Below are positions 23,381-36,851 of a DNA stretch of 64,000 nucleotides, piece by piece. The DNA is from Balanoglossus misakiensis. Its lineage: Eukaryota; Animalia; Hemichordata. The notes under the pieces were generated by a model that saw only the letters and a list, made by a program, of their open reading frames with translations, searched no databases and had not been told where the DNA came from. The first letter of the stretch is position 1; each line of letters begins with the position of its first letter. A program made the translations under genes and the position numbers. Location of the stretch: contig CM082579.2 of assembly GCA_040954595.2 (NCBI GenBank), forward strand, positions 15,848,550 through 15,912,549. The letters are read 5' to 3'.

Positions 23381-24966
23381 TCCCTCTTAAAATGGCCTAT
23401 CTCGCCGCACCCATAGCAACCACGGCTTCTCGGAGATGGGGATCAGTACCTTGATGTCTGCTGCGTTGTCACCACTTTGGTTAATTCGGCCAGTTGGGTG
23501 GTGACAGTCTGCAAAGTTGCGCTGATTGCCGACATCTGCGTCTCCAGCCTCGACATCCTCCCCTGCATCTCAGTTCCTCCGTCTTTGCTTCTCGGGCGGA
23601 TGGGAGCTCTTTCAGGAGAGGGTGATTGTTTTCGCTCATACCTGGAGACAGATCGTGCTTCGATGTTGGTTTTCGGGTATTCCGGATCAGGACTTACAAA
23701 TCGTACTTCCCGCCTCTGCGATCGGATGCCATAGATTGCTTGATGATTATACTGGAATCTTTTGACAGTATCGATCGCTGCTTCGATGGAAGTTGGACGC
23801 TGATTTGCTGCCCATTGGCCTGCTTCTCGATCACAACATCCTTGGCAAAAGCGCATCACAGCTTGAAGCTCTATGGTGGCATCGCTGCTTTCTTGAAATG
23901 CCTGCATCGCAAGTGAATAAACCCTGTCCGCCCATTCTTCTAATTTCTCCTCGGTGTTTTGTCGGATCTGGGCGAACTGAAGCTGACTGGATTCTGGAAT
24001 CTCTTTCAAGCCGAATCGTTTCTCCAGTTTTTTTAGCAGCTCGTGATAGCTGACGTCTGCGTTTTTCTGGAGGATCCTGGTATAAACTTCACTTGCTTTC
24101 CCCTCTAAACACCAGCACAGATAATTTTTGCATTCATTGAATGACATGTCCTGCATCTCGGCAAATTTCGTGAATTTTACCTGATATGCCTGCCAGTTTC
24201 CGGAGCCATCGTAGATTAGCGTCCTGGGAACTGACATTGGGATGTGACGATGACTTGGTCTGTCCATCCGGTTATCATGCTGGTAGTAGGGTTGAGTTCT
24301 GGGAGGAGCGAATTCTGTTGGATAATGGCCATCATAATAATCCGGTGATGCACCCGCTCGTGGTCTGGACACATTCACCCGTGATGGACGATAATTCTGC
24401 TCATCTTCAGGCCAGGTCGCATATCGCTGTTCATCGCGAACACTTCGTGGATATGGTCTACCATACGCAGGAGCATCTGGCCTGTACGCAGGATGGAATG
24501 AACTATCATACCCCCGAGAGTCGGTATGATGTTGACTTACCCTATCCTGCGTATAGTCTGGTTCGTCAAATCGCCTCGATCGAATAGGTGCTTTGGGTTG
24601 TTGATGTCGTGAAGGTCGTTGAACATGTCTGCTTTCGCGTTCTTTCGTGACCTTGTCAATCCTTTCCATCCATTCCTTCATGCTATCTTCATCACTATCC
24701 TTCCCGCTGTCTTCCTCATCTTCCCAGAACGGGGCGAGATGGGTAGTTGTGTTCATGGATGGTTTGGCTGAAGCACCTGGTGGGTCGAAGTCGGCCATCT
24801 CCGTGAATTCTTCGGATGGTTTGAACCTAGGAATACTGCATACCATCTCATATGTTACATAGCCATGTCGTTCACGTAATCGCAGAATCGCCTTGGCTAT
24901 TTTCCGTCCCACTCCAGGTAGACATTGAAGAGTTCCTAGAGTACTGGTGTTGACGTTGATTTTCAT
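23293..24966 (-). CDS. gag: Gag with N-terminal helix-hairpin-helix domain and C-terminal CCHC knuckle; one in-frame TGA at 23443-23445
   Basis: MKINVNTSTLGTLQCLPGVGRKIAKAILRLRERHG; capsid-like YDGSGNW...LEGKA...RQNTEEKLEEWADR; frame continues past TGA into CYGCGEIGHFKREC...PLNTKG. Confidence 0.88.
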
Positions 24967-26135
24967 GATGGCGCGTTAGAAATTATTGAGATGGAAGTTG
25001 CAGATACCGTTGTCGGAAAATATTACCCACACAAGGACAGAGTAATATTTAACAAAGTGATATTACTCGTAATATTTACTGAGCAATACCCAAATTGATC
25101 AGTTTGTCACAAGAATAATCAACGACAATGACCAATCAATTATATCACAACAATAATAGAACCCGCAATTATACAGAGTAATATAATGTGATAATAAGAC
25201 TAGTACGACTGATATCAATAATACAATAATTGGAATGGCTCACAATAATAAAACTCGCAATAATACTGAGTAATACAATGCGACACCAAATATTATTGAT
25301 ATAGCGAATAATTGAACAGTTTCAACACTTACCAATTGCTGAGGAATTACAGTTCTGTACTGATACTGTGTGGTACAACTAGTAAAAATGCGAAACAAAG
25401 CGGAATTTGTTAAAGCGAAACTTTTCAGAAGTAAAACAACAGATAAAAGACAAGTCCGAAAGCTGGAACTTGTCCGCACAAAAAGTACGTAAAATTATGA
25501 CGAAAGGTGCGGTGTACAGAACTGCCACAAAAAATGGCTTCTTTGACGAAATGGCTTCCTCGTCAATGCAATGGTGGCACCAATACTAGCAGAAAGTTAC
25601 TTTCCAAGCTATCCGTACACACACAACGGCAGTATAACGGGCTAGGAAGTATAACTGCAAATCTTACCTTGCCGTGTTCGGAAGTTCGCCGTACACACAA
25701 AAAATACGGTAAGACAAAGTACACGTAAAACAACACAGAAATAAGTTGTGAAACTTTTCCTTGAAACGTGCACAGAAAAAAAACGGCACAGTGTAGCGGA
25801 AAATTCCTCTCACTGAATTTCTTGAACTTGGCCCCAGCTGTCCGAACTTCAATAAATATTACAAGCTTTACCGGAACAACTGGAGATTCGTTCCCAGTTT
25901 TATCTCGACTTCACCTAGTTCTCTGTCTCCCACCAGAAAAACTAATGAAGACGGTTTCTTGGTGCAAGTGTTGAAAACTGAAAGCACTTGGGCGTCCGCA
26001 CTACTCCTATAAGTTTCAAGCGGAAAGCCGCGACGCAACTTTAACGATAGCGAGTACTCCGACTACTTATCCTCAAAAATCGGCAAAAAGTTACCAACGG
26101 AGTTTTTTCACCTTTTCCCCACTAGGGTTGAAAAG

Positions 26136-26146
26136 TCGCAGCGCCA
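26136..26146 (-). other. Primer binding site (TGGCGCTGCGA, probably tRNA-Ser)
   Basis: Starts 2 nt inside the 5' LTR boundary with TGG; resembles the complement of a tRNA-Ser 3' end. Confidence 0.7.
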
Positions 26147-26148
26147 AT

Positions 26149-26409
26149 TGTAGTAAATACCGGTTACTAACCTGGTAGGTACTACGGGTTGTCTTATTCC
26201 GGGCCACAGAGTTTTGCTTGGTACTGGTCGTCAGTCCTGGTAGCGTGTTGCTCTGATGCTGGTCCGGGTCGTTCTGGTTCTGATAGTTGAGAAACGTGGG
26301 TAAAAACCAGTAGCACAGGTGCAGGGCATTCCGTAGTGCAATTACGTCAGAGGCGTCCCACCTGTACAGCAGGGCGCCACCAACGGCCAGAAGCCCACAA
26401 ATTACTACA
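26149..26409 (-). repeat. 5' LTR (261 bp)
   Basis: Near-identical to 15042-15302, followed by TATA TSD. Confidence 0.96.
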
Positions 26410-29400
26410 TATATATCGATACAAATTCCACAAAAGACCGTCTAATTTGGCTCACTGCAGACAAAATTGCGTTTTACCAAATTTTCCTTGAAAATGTCAT
26501 TTTTAGAAAAAAAAAAAAAAAACCTTTGTTCTTCGAATTTGGTGCCCTGATCATATATGACATGTTGATTGTATGTTAAAACTCTCGACCACTCCAAAAA
26601 TGCAGAGATATTGACGGAATTCAAGAAAAATAGCCATTTTGGCCATATTTTGACAAAAATGGTAAATTTTTAAAAAATCATAAAAAATTAACTCTTTTCT
26701 TCATTTTCGGAAATATTATGGAGCATGAAGTGTCGTTCTCTTGTAAAAAGTGCTGCAAATTCCAGAAAAGGCGGTATAATTTGAATCACCCAAGACAAAA
26801 TTGCAATTTTTCGACTTTTTTTCGAAAAATTGTCTTTTTTACAAAATAAATAAGAATAAATTCTTTTCTTAGTTTCAAACGGGTAGAGATACTTTCCACA
26901 CGGGTTTTCTAACATTGAATTCCCGTTCATCAACTCAGATTTCCTACAGCATAAGTCGGCTAAAACCCTGAGACTTTAGAGCAGAAACAGTTGCACACTG
27001 GTAACGTTGAACAAGTCGATTTTTCTACGGCCTGGCTCGGCTAAATCTCCGTCACAATATGACAGACACTAGCGTACGTTAGCAACGGTGATCAAGTCAG
27101 ATTTTCTAAGGCATGGCTTGGATAAAGCCCCGGCACTCTAGAGCAGAAACACGCGTACAGAGACCACGTTGATCAAGTCTGATCTCCTACGGCTTTGCTC
27201 GACTAAAACCCCGGCACACTATGACAGACATTAGCGTTCGTTAGCAACGTTGATCAAGTCAGAATTCCTACGGCATGGCTTGGCTAAAGCCCTGGCACTC
27301 TAGAGCAGAAACACGCGTACAGAGACCACGTTGATCTACTCACATTTCCTTCGGCCTGGCACGGCTGATGCCCCGGCACTATATATAGGACACAAACTGG
27401 CGTAAGTTAACAACGGTAATCACGTCGGGTTTCCTACGGCCTGGCTCATCTGAAGCCCCGGCACTCTAGAGCAGAAACAGGCGTACATTGACCACGTTGA
27501 TCAAGTCAGATGTCCTACGGCGTGACTCCGCTGGTGCACCGGCTCTATATGACACAGACTGGCGTAAGTTATCAACGGTGATTACGTCGGATTTCCTACG
27601 GCCTGGTTTAGCTCAAGCCCCGGCACTTTAGAGCGGAAACACGCGTACATTGACCACGATGATCAAGTCAGATCTCCTACGGCTTGGCTCGACTAAAACC
27701 CCGGCACACTATGACAGACACTAGCGTTCGTTAGCAACGTTGATCAAGTCAGATTTCCTACGGCATGGCTTGGCTAAAGCCCTGGCATTCTAGAGCAGAA
27801 ACACGCGTACAGAGACCACATTGATCTACTCACATTTCCTTAGGCCTGGCACGGCTGATGCCCCGCACTATATATAGGACACAGACTGGCGTAAGTTAAC
27901 AACGGTAATCACGTCGGGTTTCCTACGGCCTGGATCAGCTGAAGCCCCGGCACTCTAGAGCAGAAACAGGCGTACATTGACCACGTTGATCAAGTCAGAT
28001 TTCCTACGGCCTGGTTCGACTAAAACCCCGGCACACCATGACAGACACTAGCGTTCGTTAGCAACGGTGATCAAGTCGGATTTCCTTCGGCCTGGCTCGG
28101 CAAAAGACCCGACCCTCTAGTACAAAGACGTTGGCTAAGTCGGGCAAACCGAAGAGGGAAAGTCACAGCGGGTCAACACTCGACATTTGTTCGGGTAGGA
28201 CTGCATTATTGCCTGTTAATTTATAGAGAAAGCCCGAATTTAACCAGGGCGCTTCAAACACCGACGTTAGTTGGGGGCACGGCCTGCAGTACTGCCCGGT
28301 AAGGTGACATCGGCGTACCGCATATAATGTAGGGGGGGGGGGAGAAACAGAACGGTTCAATACTACATTTATCAGATATCAGCTAATTTTGGACAATCAT
28401 CTAAAATCTAAATCATCTTTTCATATTTGGATATCTGATGATGTATGAAATTTCCATTATATGTAAAAATGGTGCTGATTATAAAAATGCACTCTGAATG
28501 AGCTGATTTAATACAAAATTGCGTTTTATTCGTTTTTGCACCAAAAAGGTCATTTTTAGGCAAAACATTCTTTATTTTTTTAATTCGGTGACCTGATCAT
28601 ATATAAACAATTGCTTGTATGTTAAAAGTTTTTATGACTTTTAAAAGCAGTGACACTGGCGGCATTCAACACGAAAATAACAATTTTAGCCACAATTTGG
28701 TCAAAATGGTAAATTTTTGAAAATTACAAAAAATACCTGTTTTCTACATTTTTGGAAATCTGATGGAGTATAGAATGCTCTTCGTATGTATATATCGATA
28801 CAAATTCCACAAAAGACCGTCTAATTTGGCTCACTGCAGACAAAATTGCGTTTTACCAAATTTTCCTTTAAAATGTCATTTTTAGAAAAAAAATAAAAAA
28901 ACCTTTGTTCTTCAAATGTGGTGCCCTGATCATATATGACATGTTGATTGTATGTTAAAACTTTCGACCACTCCAAAAATGCAGAGATATTGACGGAATT
29001 CAAGAAAAAATAGCCATTTTGGCCATATTTTGACAAAAATGGTAAATTTTTAAAAAATCATAAAACATTAACTATTTTCTTCATTTTCGGAAATATTATG
29101 GAACATGAAGTGTCGTTCTCTTGTAAAAAGTGCTGCAAATTCCAGAAAAGGTGGTATAATTTGAATCACCCAAGACAAAATAACCATTTTCGACTTTTTT
29201 TCGAAAAATTGTCTTTTTAACAAAATAAATAAGAATAAATTATTTTCTTAGTTTCAAACGGGAAGAGATACTTTCCACACGGGTTTTCTAACATTGAATT
29301 CCCGTTCATCAACTCAGATTTCCTACAGCATAAGTCAGCTAAAACCCTGACACTCTAGAGCAGAAACAGTTGCACACTGGTAACGTTGAACAAGTCGATT

Positions 29401-29616
29401 TTTCTACGGCCTGGCTCGGCTAAATCTCCGTCACAATATGACAGACACTAGCGTACGTTAGCAACGGTGATCAAGTCAGATTTTCTACGGCATGGCTTGG
29501 ATAAAGCCCCGGCACTCTAGAGCAGAAACACGCGTACAGAGACCACGTTGATGAAGTCTGATCTCCTACGGCTTGGCTCGACTAAACCCCGGCACACTAT
29601 GACAGACACTAGCGTT

Positions 29617-29803
29617 ATTATTATTATTATTATTAAGAATTGTTTAAAATGCGCTACACATACGTCTCAGCGCATTGTGCACAGCTAAAACAGTAGATTA
29701 AAAAATACAAGGCTGGTAAAAATAGTTAAAAGGACACAATCGAACACGTTACACATAAAACCGAGTAAAAAGGTATGTTTTCAAATTACGCTTAAAAATA
29801 TTG
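29617..29803 (-). mobile_element. Severely 5'-truncated L2-like LINE (copy 1)
   Basis: - strand encodes NIFKRNLKTYLFTRFYV*, then TGCGCT..AGCGCA stem-loop and (TAA)n tail; AGCGTT TSD. Confidence 0.8.
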
Positions 29804-32689
29804 AGCGTTCGTTAGCAACGTTGATCAAGTCAGATTTTCTACGGCATGGCTTGGATAAAGCCCCGGCACTCAAGAGCAGAAACACGCGTACAGAGACCAC
29901 GTTGATCAAGTCTGATCTCCTACGGCTTGGCTCTACTAAAACCCCGGCACACTATGACAGACACTAGCGTTCGCTAGCAACGTTGATCAAGTCAGATTTC
30001 CTACGGCATGGCTTTGCTAAAGCCCTGACACTCTAGAGCAGAAACACGCGTACAGAGACCACGTTGATCTACTCACATTTCCTTCGGCCTGGCACGGCTG
30101 ATGCCCCGGCACTATATATAGGACACAGACTGGCGTAAGTTAACAACTGTAATCACGTCGGGTTTCCTACGGCCTGGCTCAGCTGAAGCCCCGGCACTCT
30201 AGAGCAGAAACAGGCGTACATTGACCACGTTGATCAATTCAGATTTCCTACGGCGTGACTCGGCTGGTGCACCGGCTCTATATGACACAGACTGGCGTAA
30301 GTTATCAACGGTGATTACGTCGGATTTCCTACGGCCTGGTTTAGCTGAAGCCCCGGCACTTTAGAGCGGAAACACGCGTACATTGACCACGATGATCAAG
30401 TCAGATCTCCTACGGCCTGGCTCGACTAAAACCCCGGCACACCATGACAGACACTAGCGTTCGTTAGCAACGGTGATCAAGTCGGATTTCCTTCGGCCTG
30501 ACTCTGCAAAAGACCCGACACTCTAGTACAAAGACGTCGGCTAAGTCGGGCAAACCGAAGAGGGAAAGTCACAGCGTGTCAACACTCGACATTTGTTCGG
30601 GTAGGACTGCATTATTGCCTGTCAATTTATATAGAAAGCCCGAATTTAACCAGGGCGTTTCAAACACCGACGTTAGGTGGGGGCACGGCCTGCAGTACTG
30701 CCGGGTAAGCTGACATCGGCGTACCGCATATAATGTAGGGGAGGGGGGGGGGGGAACAGAACGGTTCAATACTACATTTATTAGATATCAGCTAATTTTG
30801 GACAATCATCTAAAATCTAAATCATTTTTTCATATTTGGATATCTGGTGATGTATGAAATTTCCATTATATGTAAAAATGGTGCTGATTATAAAAAAATG
30901 CACTCTGAATGAGGTTATTTAATACAAAATTGCGTTTTATTCGTTTTTGCACCAAAAAGGTCATTTTTAGGCAAAACATTCTTTATTTTTTTTAATTCGG
31001 TGACCTGATCATATATAAACAATTGCTTGTATGTTAAAAGTTTTTATGACTTTTAAAAGCAGTGACACTGGCGGCATTCAACACGAAAATAACAATTTTA
31101 GCCATAATTTGGTCAAAATGGTAAATTTTTGAAAATTACAAAAAATACCTGTTTTCTACATTTTCGGAAATCTGATGGAGTATAGAATGCTCTTCGTATG
31201 TATATATCGATACAAATTCCACAAAAGACAATCTAATTTGGCTCACTGCAGACAAAATTGAGTTTTACCAAATGTTCCTTGAAAATGTCATTTTTAGAAA
31301 AAAAACTAAAAAAACTTTGTTCTTCGAATTTGGTGCCCTGATCATATATGACATGTTGATTGTATGTTAAAACTTTCGACCACTCCAAAAATGCAGAGTT
31401 ATTGACGGAATTCAAGAAAAAATAGCCATTTTGGCCATATTTTGACAAAAATGGTAATTTTTTAAAAAATCATAAAAAATTAACTCTTTTCTTCATTTTC
31501 GGAAATATTATGGAGCATGAAGTGTCGTTCTCTTGTAAAAAGTGCTGCAAATTCCAGAAAAGGCGGTATAATTTGAATGACCCAAGACAAAATTACCATT
31601 TTCGACTTTTTTTCGAAAAATTGTCTTGTTTTACAAAATAAATAAGAATAAATTCTTTTCTTAGTTTCAAACGGGTAGAGATACTTTACACACGGGTTTT
31701 CTAACATTGAATTCCCGTTCATCAACTCAGATTTCCTACAGCACAAGTCGGCTAAAACCCTGACACTCTAGAGCAGAAACAGTTGCACACTGGTAACGTT
31801 GAAAAAGTCGATTTTTCTACGGCCTGGCTCGGCTAAATCTCCGTCACAATATGACAGACACTAGCGTAAGTTAGCAACGGTGATCAAGTCAGATTTTCTA
31901 CGGCATAGCTCGGATAAAGCCCCGGCACTCTAGGGCAGAAACACGCGAACAGAGACCACGTTGATCAAGTCTGATCTCCTACGGCTTGGCTCGACTAAAA
32001 CCCCGACACACTATGACAGACACTAGCGTTCGTTAGCAACGTTGATCAAGTCAGATTTCCTACGGCATGGCTTGGCTAAAGCCCTGGCACTCTAGAGCAG
32101 AAACACGCGTACAGAGACCACGTTGATCTACTCACATTTCCTTCGGCCTGGCACGGCTGATGCCCCGGCATTATATATAGGACACAGACTGGCGTAAGTT
32201 AACAACGGTAATCACGTCGGGTTTCCTACGGCCTGGCTCAGATGAAGCCCCGGCACTCTAGAGCAGAAACAGGCGTACAGTGACCACGTTGATCAAGTCA
32301 GATTTCCTACGGCGTGACTCGGCTGGTGCACCGGCTCTATATGACACAGACTGGCGTAAGTTATCAACGGTGATTACGTCGGATTTCCTACGGCCTGGTT
32401 TAGCTGAAGCCCCGGCACTTTAGAGCGGAAACACGCGTACATTGACCACGATGATCAAGTCAGATCTCCTACGGCCTGGCTCGACTAAACCCCGGCACAC
32501 CATGACAGACACTAGCGTTCGTTAGCAACGGTGATCAAGTCGGATTTCCTTCGGCCTGGCTCTGCAAAAGACCCGACACATTAGTACAAAGACGTTGGCT
32601 AAGTCGGGCAAACCGAAGAGGGAAAGTCACAGCCGGTCAACACTCGACATTTGGTCGGGTAGGACTGCATTATTGCCTGTCAATTTATA

Positions 32690-35600
32690 CACTGCAAATT
32701 CTGCAAAAACAAGCCGGTTTGTACTCAAGCCATTCGGGTTTGCTGACAAGCCACCTCGTCATACTTGCCGAAACTTCGGTATTTCCACAAGCCGCTAAAT
32801 TTTCTGGTGTGTGCCAGCAAGCCAGTCAATGTTAGAAAAATGGTTTGTAAATACGCCGCTGGACAACCTGTCTGGAATGGCTTATTATTAAGCCATTGAA
32901 CAAAATCTCTGGTTTGCTCGCAAACTTTAGTGATACTTATGTCTGGCTCGAATTTGTACCATATTTAACCTTGGCTGCATTTTAAGCCGTTGGAGTTAGT
33001 GGTCGCTTTTCAAACCATAAAAAGATGTAAGTATGGTTTGAAAACACGCCATGGAAAACTTTGCCGGGATGTGGTTCATATACACGCCACGCTGGGCACA
33101 ATGTCTTGCGAAATACCCTGATTTGGCGCGCGAATGCAGGGTCAAAGGTTATTTATTACACAACTACAACGTTTTGACGCGAGAGAAGACGGTCCACGGG
33201 TGAGGAAGCCGATCGAATCACGTCGTTCCCTTTATAAAATTCGTTCAGCGATTTACAATGCACTCAACCTGTTCCTAAGGTAGAACCGAAATACCATATG
33301 CGTGGATAATTACTTTGGCACCGAGCATCGTTATGGAAGGATGACATCTGATGTCTTAGCAGTTGACCGCCAGCATCTACGAGACCGTAACATAGAACAA
33401 TGCCGGTTGGGGTAAGTCCTGCTTCCATTCCATTTTGTGACAGTAACTACATTTTTGCGAGCAGTGAAGATAATACAAAATTAACAGGCCCGAATCCTGT
33501 ATATACTGACTTGATCATGTGTTGATGATAGCTGAAAAGCATGTGAGAAGAAGTAATGTCAAAAGTTTGACAGCATAAAATGATAAAGTAGGGAGTGGGG
33601 CCCCAAAGGAATTTCATTATTCTTGCTATTTTCAGCCTCCATCCCCGTTCATTTTTTTTATGCATTTTTGTGAGCGAAGACGATGCAAAGTATGTCACTA
33701 TTAAAAGGCCTGAATCCTTTATATACTGCATTGATCATGTGTGGATGGTTACAAAAAAGTCTGAGCAAATCAAAAGAATTTTTTTAATGCAGCTCCGGAG
33801 TGGGGCCCTATAGCGCTATAGCCTAGGAATTTCACCATGCTTGCTATTGGCAGCCTACATCCCCATTCATGTTTGTTTATGCACTTTTACTAGTCAAGAT
33901 AATTCAAAATATGTAATAATATCTATACTGTATTGATCATTTGTAGATCGAGAGATATTTCAAATATATGAAGCTTCGAGTGGGGCTAGTGGCAGTGGAA
34001 GTCAACATTGGGGGGGGGGGGGTAACCGCAATAAAAATGTTGTTTTGTGTTCCAATACTATATCAATGGATACCCATAATATTTAAATCATTGGCTGAAT
34101 AATTTTTTTTTGATAAACCATGATCTCGGACCACAGGATTATTTAACCCCTGCATGCCTGCGATTTGTAACAATAATGATTCCTACTTTAATTGAACCCC
34201 AGATATTTGCATAAGAATGAAATAAATGATCTTGGTTTTGCAGGAGTGGTGATACTGGTTATGGGAAGGAGCAGTTGTTATTTTATTAGGCACCACAAAA
34301 ATATGAAAAAGTCAACAAGTAGCATTTATGTTGAAGCATACACGGTATGTATAATTAAGTAGATTTTGTTATTTTTTTAATATCCATTTTTGTCATCTAG
34401 TCATCTGTTTTCTTTGCAGTTTAGTTTGTAGGGACTTCATTATAAAATACCAACCATGTGGTTATAATTTCAGTATTGCATTTGGGAAGAGATTTTACTA
34501 TTTATGCCTAAAAACTAATTTTAAAGGAACATGCCTATCTGTATTTATTAATATAGTCCAGCTATCATGTATGTAACATGTATTCAGTTATAGTCAAAGG
34601 AAACAATTCACTAAACTCTAGGTGCGAAATTTCATGCATTGCTCATTGAATCAATTTCATCTTGTTTGTTACATGCTGTGTATCTCATGGTTATGTTTGT
34701 GTTTCATGGTTGCTGCCTATAACATTAGGATGGCACCATATTGTAGTGTTGTATCGATCAGTCTCATGTTCTCATATGGTTGCTGCCTATAACAGTAGGA
34801 TGGCACCATATCGTAGTGTTGTATCGGTCAGTCTCATGTTCTCATATGGTTGCTGCCTATAACAGTAGGATGGCACCATATCGTAGTGTTGTATCGGTCA
34901 GTCTCATGTTCTCATATGGTTGCTGCCTATAACAGTAGGATGGCACCATATCGTAGTGTTGTATCGGTCAGTCTCATGTTCTCATATGGTTGCTGCCTAT
35001 AACAGTAGGATGGCACCATATCGTAGTGTTGTATCGGTCAGTCTCATGTTCTCATATGGTTGCTGCCTATAACAGTAGGATGGCACCATATCGTAGTGTT
35101 GTATCGGTCAGTCTCATGTTCTTATATGGTTGCTGCCTACAACATTAGGATGGCACCATATCGTAGTGTTTTGTGGTATGTGTGTCAGTCTCATGGTCAT
35201 TCCCCATTGATAAATAGAGAGACACTATCTTCTTTTGTTGAGTATGTCTCATACGAGTCATTGTCATATTTTCTTGTGTACATATGTGTTATGTGTTGTT
35301 TTCATGCTGGAAATTGTTTCTAATATACACTCATGTTAATTTCTAACAAGATTGTTTTCTCTTTTTGTTTTTCACTATTTGAGAGTGTTTCCCATTGAAA
35401 GAAGACGAAGTTTCATAGTAAGGAAGAAGATACTCAAGGCTAATGCCATGACTCCAATACTCAAATGCATATAAAGGAGGATTGAAAAGTACTTTTCCAC
35501 ACTTAATGGTGACTTTGAAATCTGTATTCATGTCAGTTTTGACAAACAGTAGATTAAAAAAATGAGGCATTTTTGATGGATTGAAATGATTTTCCCTAAC

Positions 35601-36851
35601 CACTTGAACGGAAAATGAGATAAAAGTTTTATTGTATATATTTTCTATCATTTATGGGGTTAATTCATTTGATTTACATAATACCATTTATTTACCGTTG
35701 TTCCTTTTTTCTTACATTGTCATTACAATAATAATGATTGACCAAAAAAGATCTTTCTCGGTGTGCTTTTTTGACAGGTTAACATACCATTGACTGTGGA
35801 GTACTAAGATGCTGCACATTATGACACATGTTATGCTTCAAGACCAAGTTATTTAAGGGCATAGTAACTAACTTTGGGCTATTTTTTATGTATTTTTGTT
35901 CAGTGTATCGACTCCTTATTTCTGTTCTACTCCTTAAAGCATGATTAACTGCCCAGGTTCGGGATCTCAACTTTGGCCTTTGCAAATGAGTTCAGGTCTG
36001 GACTAAAATTATGTTTTTTGACAATTGCTGATTGTACAATTATGGCAGTGTATAGAATCTAGTAAATGGCATTGCATCATGCTTTGGTGAGTTGAACAAG
36101 AAACTGCAGTCACTTGAAAGAGCAAAAATGCTAAAAATGGCCCAAATTTATAACTATAGCTTTTAGGTAAACAGAAGCAAAACATGCAATTCAAATGTTT
36201 GGCTTGCTTACAAACTGCATTCTGTGTAAGAATGGTTTGTATACATGCCAAAGCCCAAGCAGAGTGGCTGATTTTTAAACCACTGCTCAAGCATTCTCAG
36301 TTTGTCAGCAAACCAGGAAATGCTAATTTTTGGTTTGCTGGCAAACTGAAGTGATTCATGTTTGGTTTGCTAGCACACCAGTTTTAAGTAGAAGTTGGCT
36401 TTCAGACAAGCCAATGTAAATTTTAAGGGTTTACGTACAACCCCCTTGTATTATTCGACGGTTTGTTGGCAAGCCATTGTTTTAGAAAGTGGCTTACATG
36501 CAAGCCATCATAATATATTCATTGGTTTATATACAAACCCCTTAGATTTGTGATGGTTTGTTGACAAACCACTGGATAATGAATCGGTGTGTCTTCAAGC
36601 TCATTTGCTGAATAGAATGGCAGGCCAGCAAGCCATATTTCATTACTATGGTTGGCCTACACACCACTCATTAAATTTGCTGTGGTCTATCAGCAAGCCG
36701 GTAAGTTATATAAAACGGCTACTCAGCAAGCTAAATTCAAGCCAAAATCAAGCCAAATTTGAAGAAATGAAAGAAGCCAATTTGCGACAAACAAGCCGGT
36801 TTGAATTTGGCTTGAATTTAGCTTGCAGGAAAGCCAGAAGAATTTGCAGTG
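32690..36851. mobile_element. Non-autonomous EnSpm/CACTA-like DNA transposon
   Basis: TIR CACTGCAAATTCT...AGAATTTGCAGTG, 2-bp TA TSD interrupting satellite CAATTTATAGAGAAAG, many subterminal GGTTTG..CAAGCC motifs, no transposase ORF. Confidence 0.82.
34706..35170. repeat. 70-bp minisatellite, about 6.5 copies, inside the EnSpm-like element
   Basis: AACAGTAGGA recurs at 34791, 34861, 34931, 35001 and 35071. Confidence 0.93.

Larger units (their letters stand above)
15042..26409 (-). mobile_element. Full-length Ty3/Gypsy LTR retrotransposon with HhH-Gag, PHD-integrase and extra TatD ORF
   Basis: 261-bp TG..CA LTRs, TATA target-site duplication in satellite sequence, PBS, PPT, and domain order gag-PR-RT-RH-IN. 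Confidence 0.97.
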
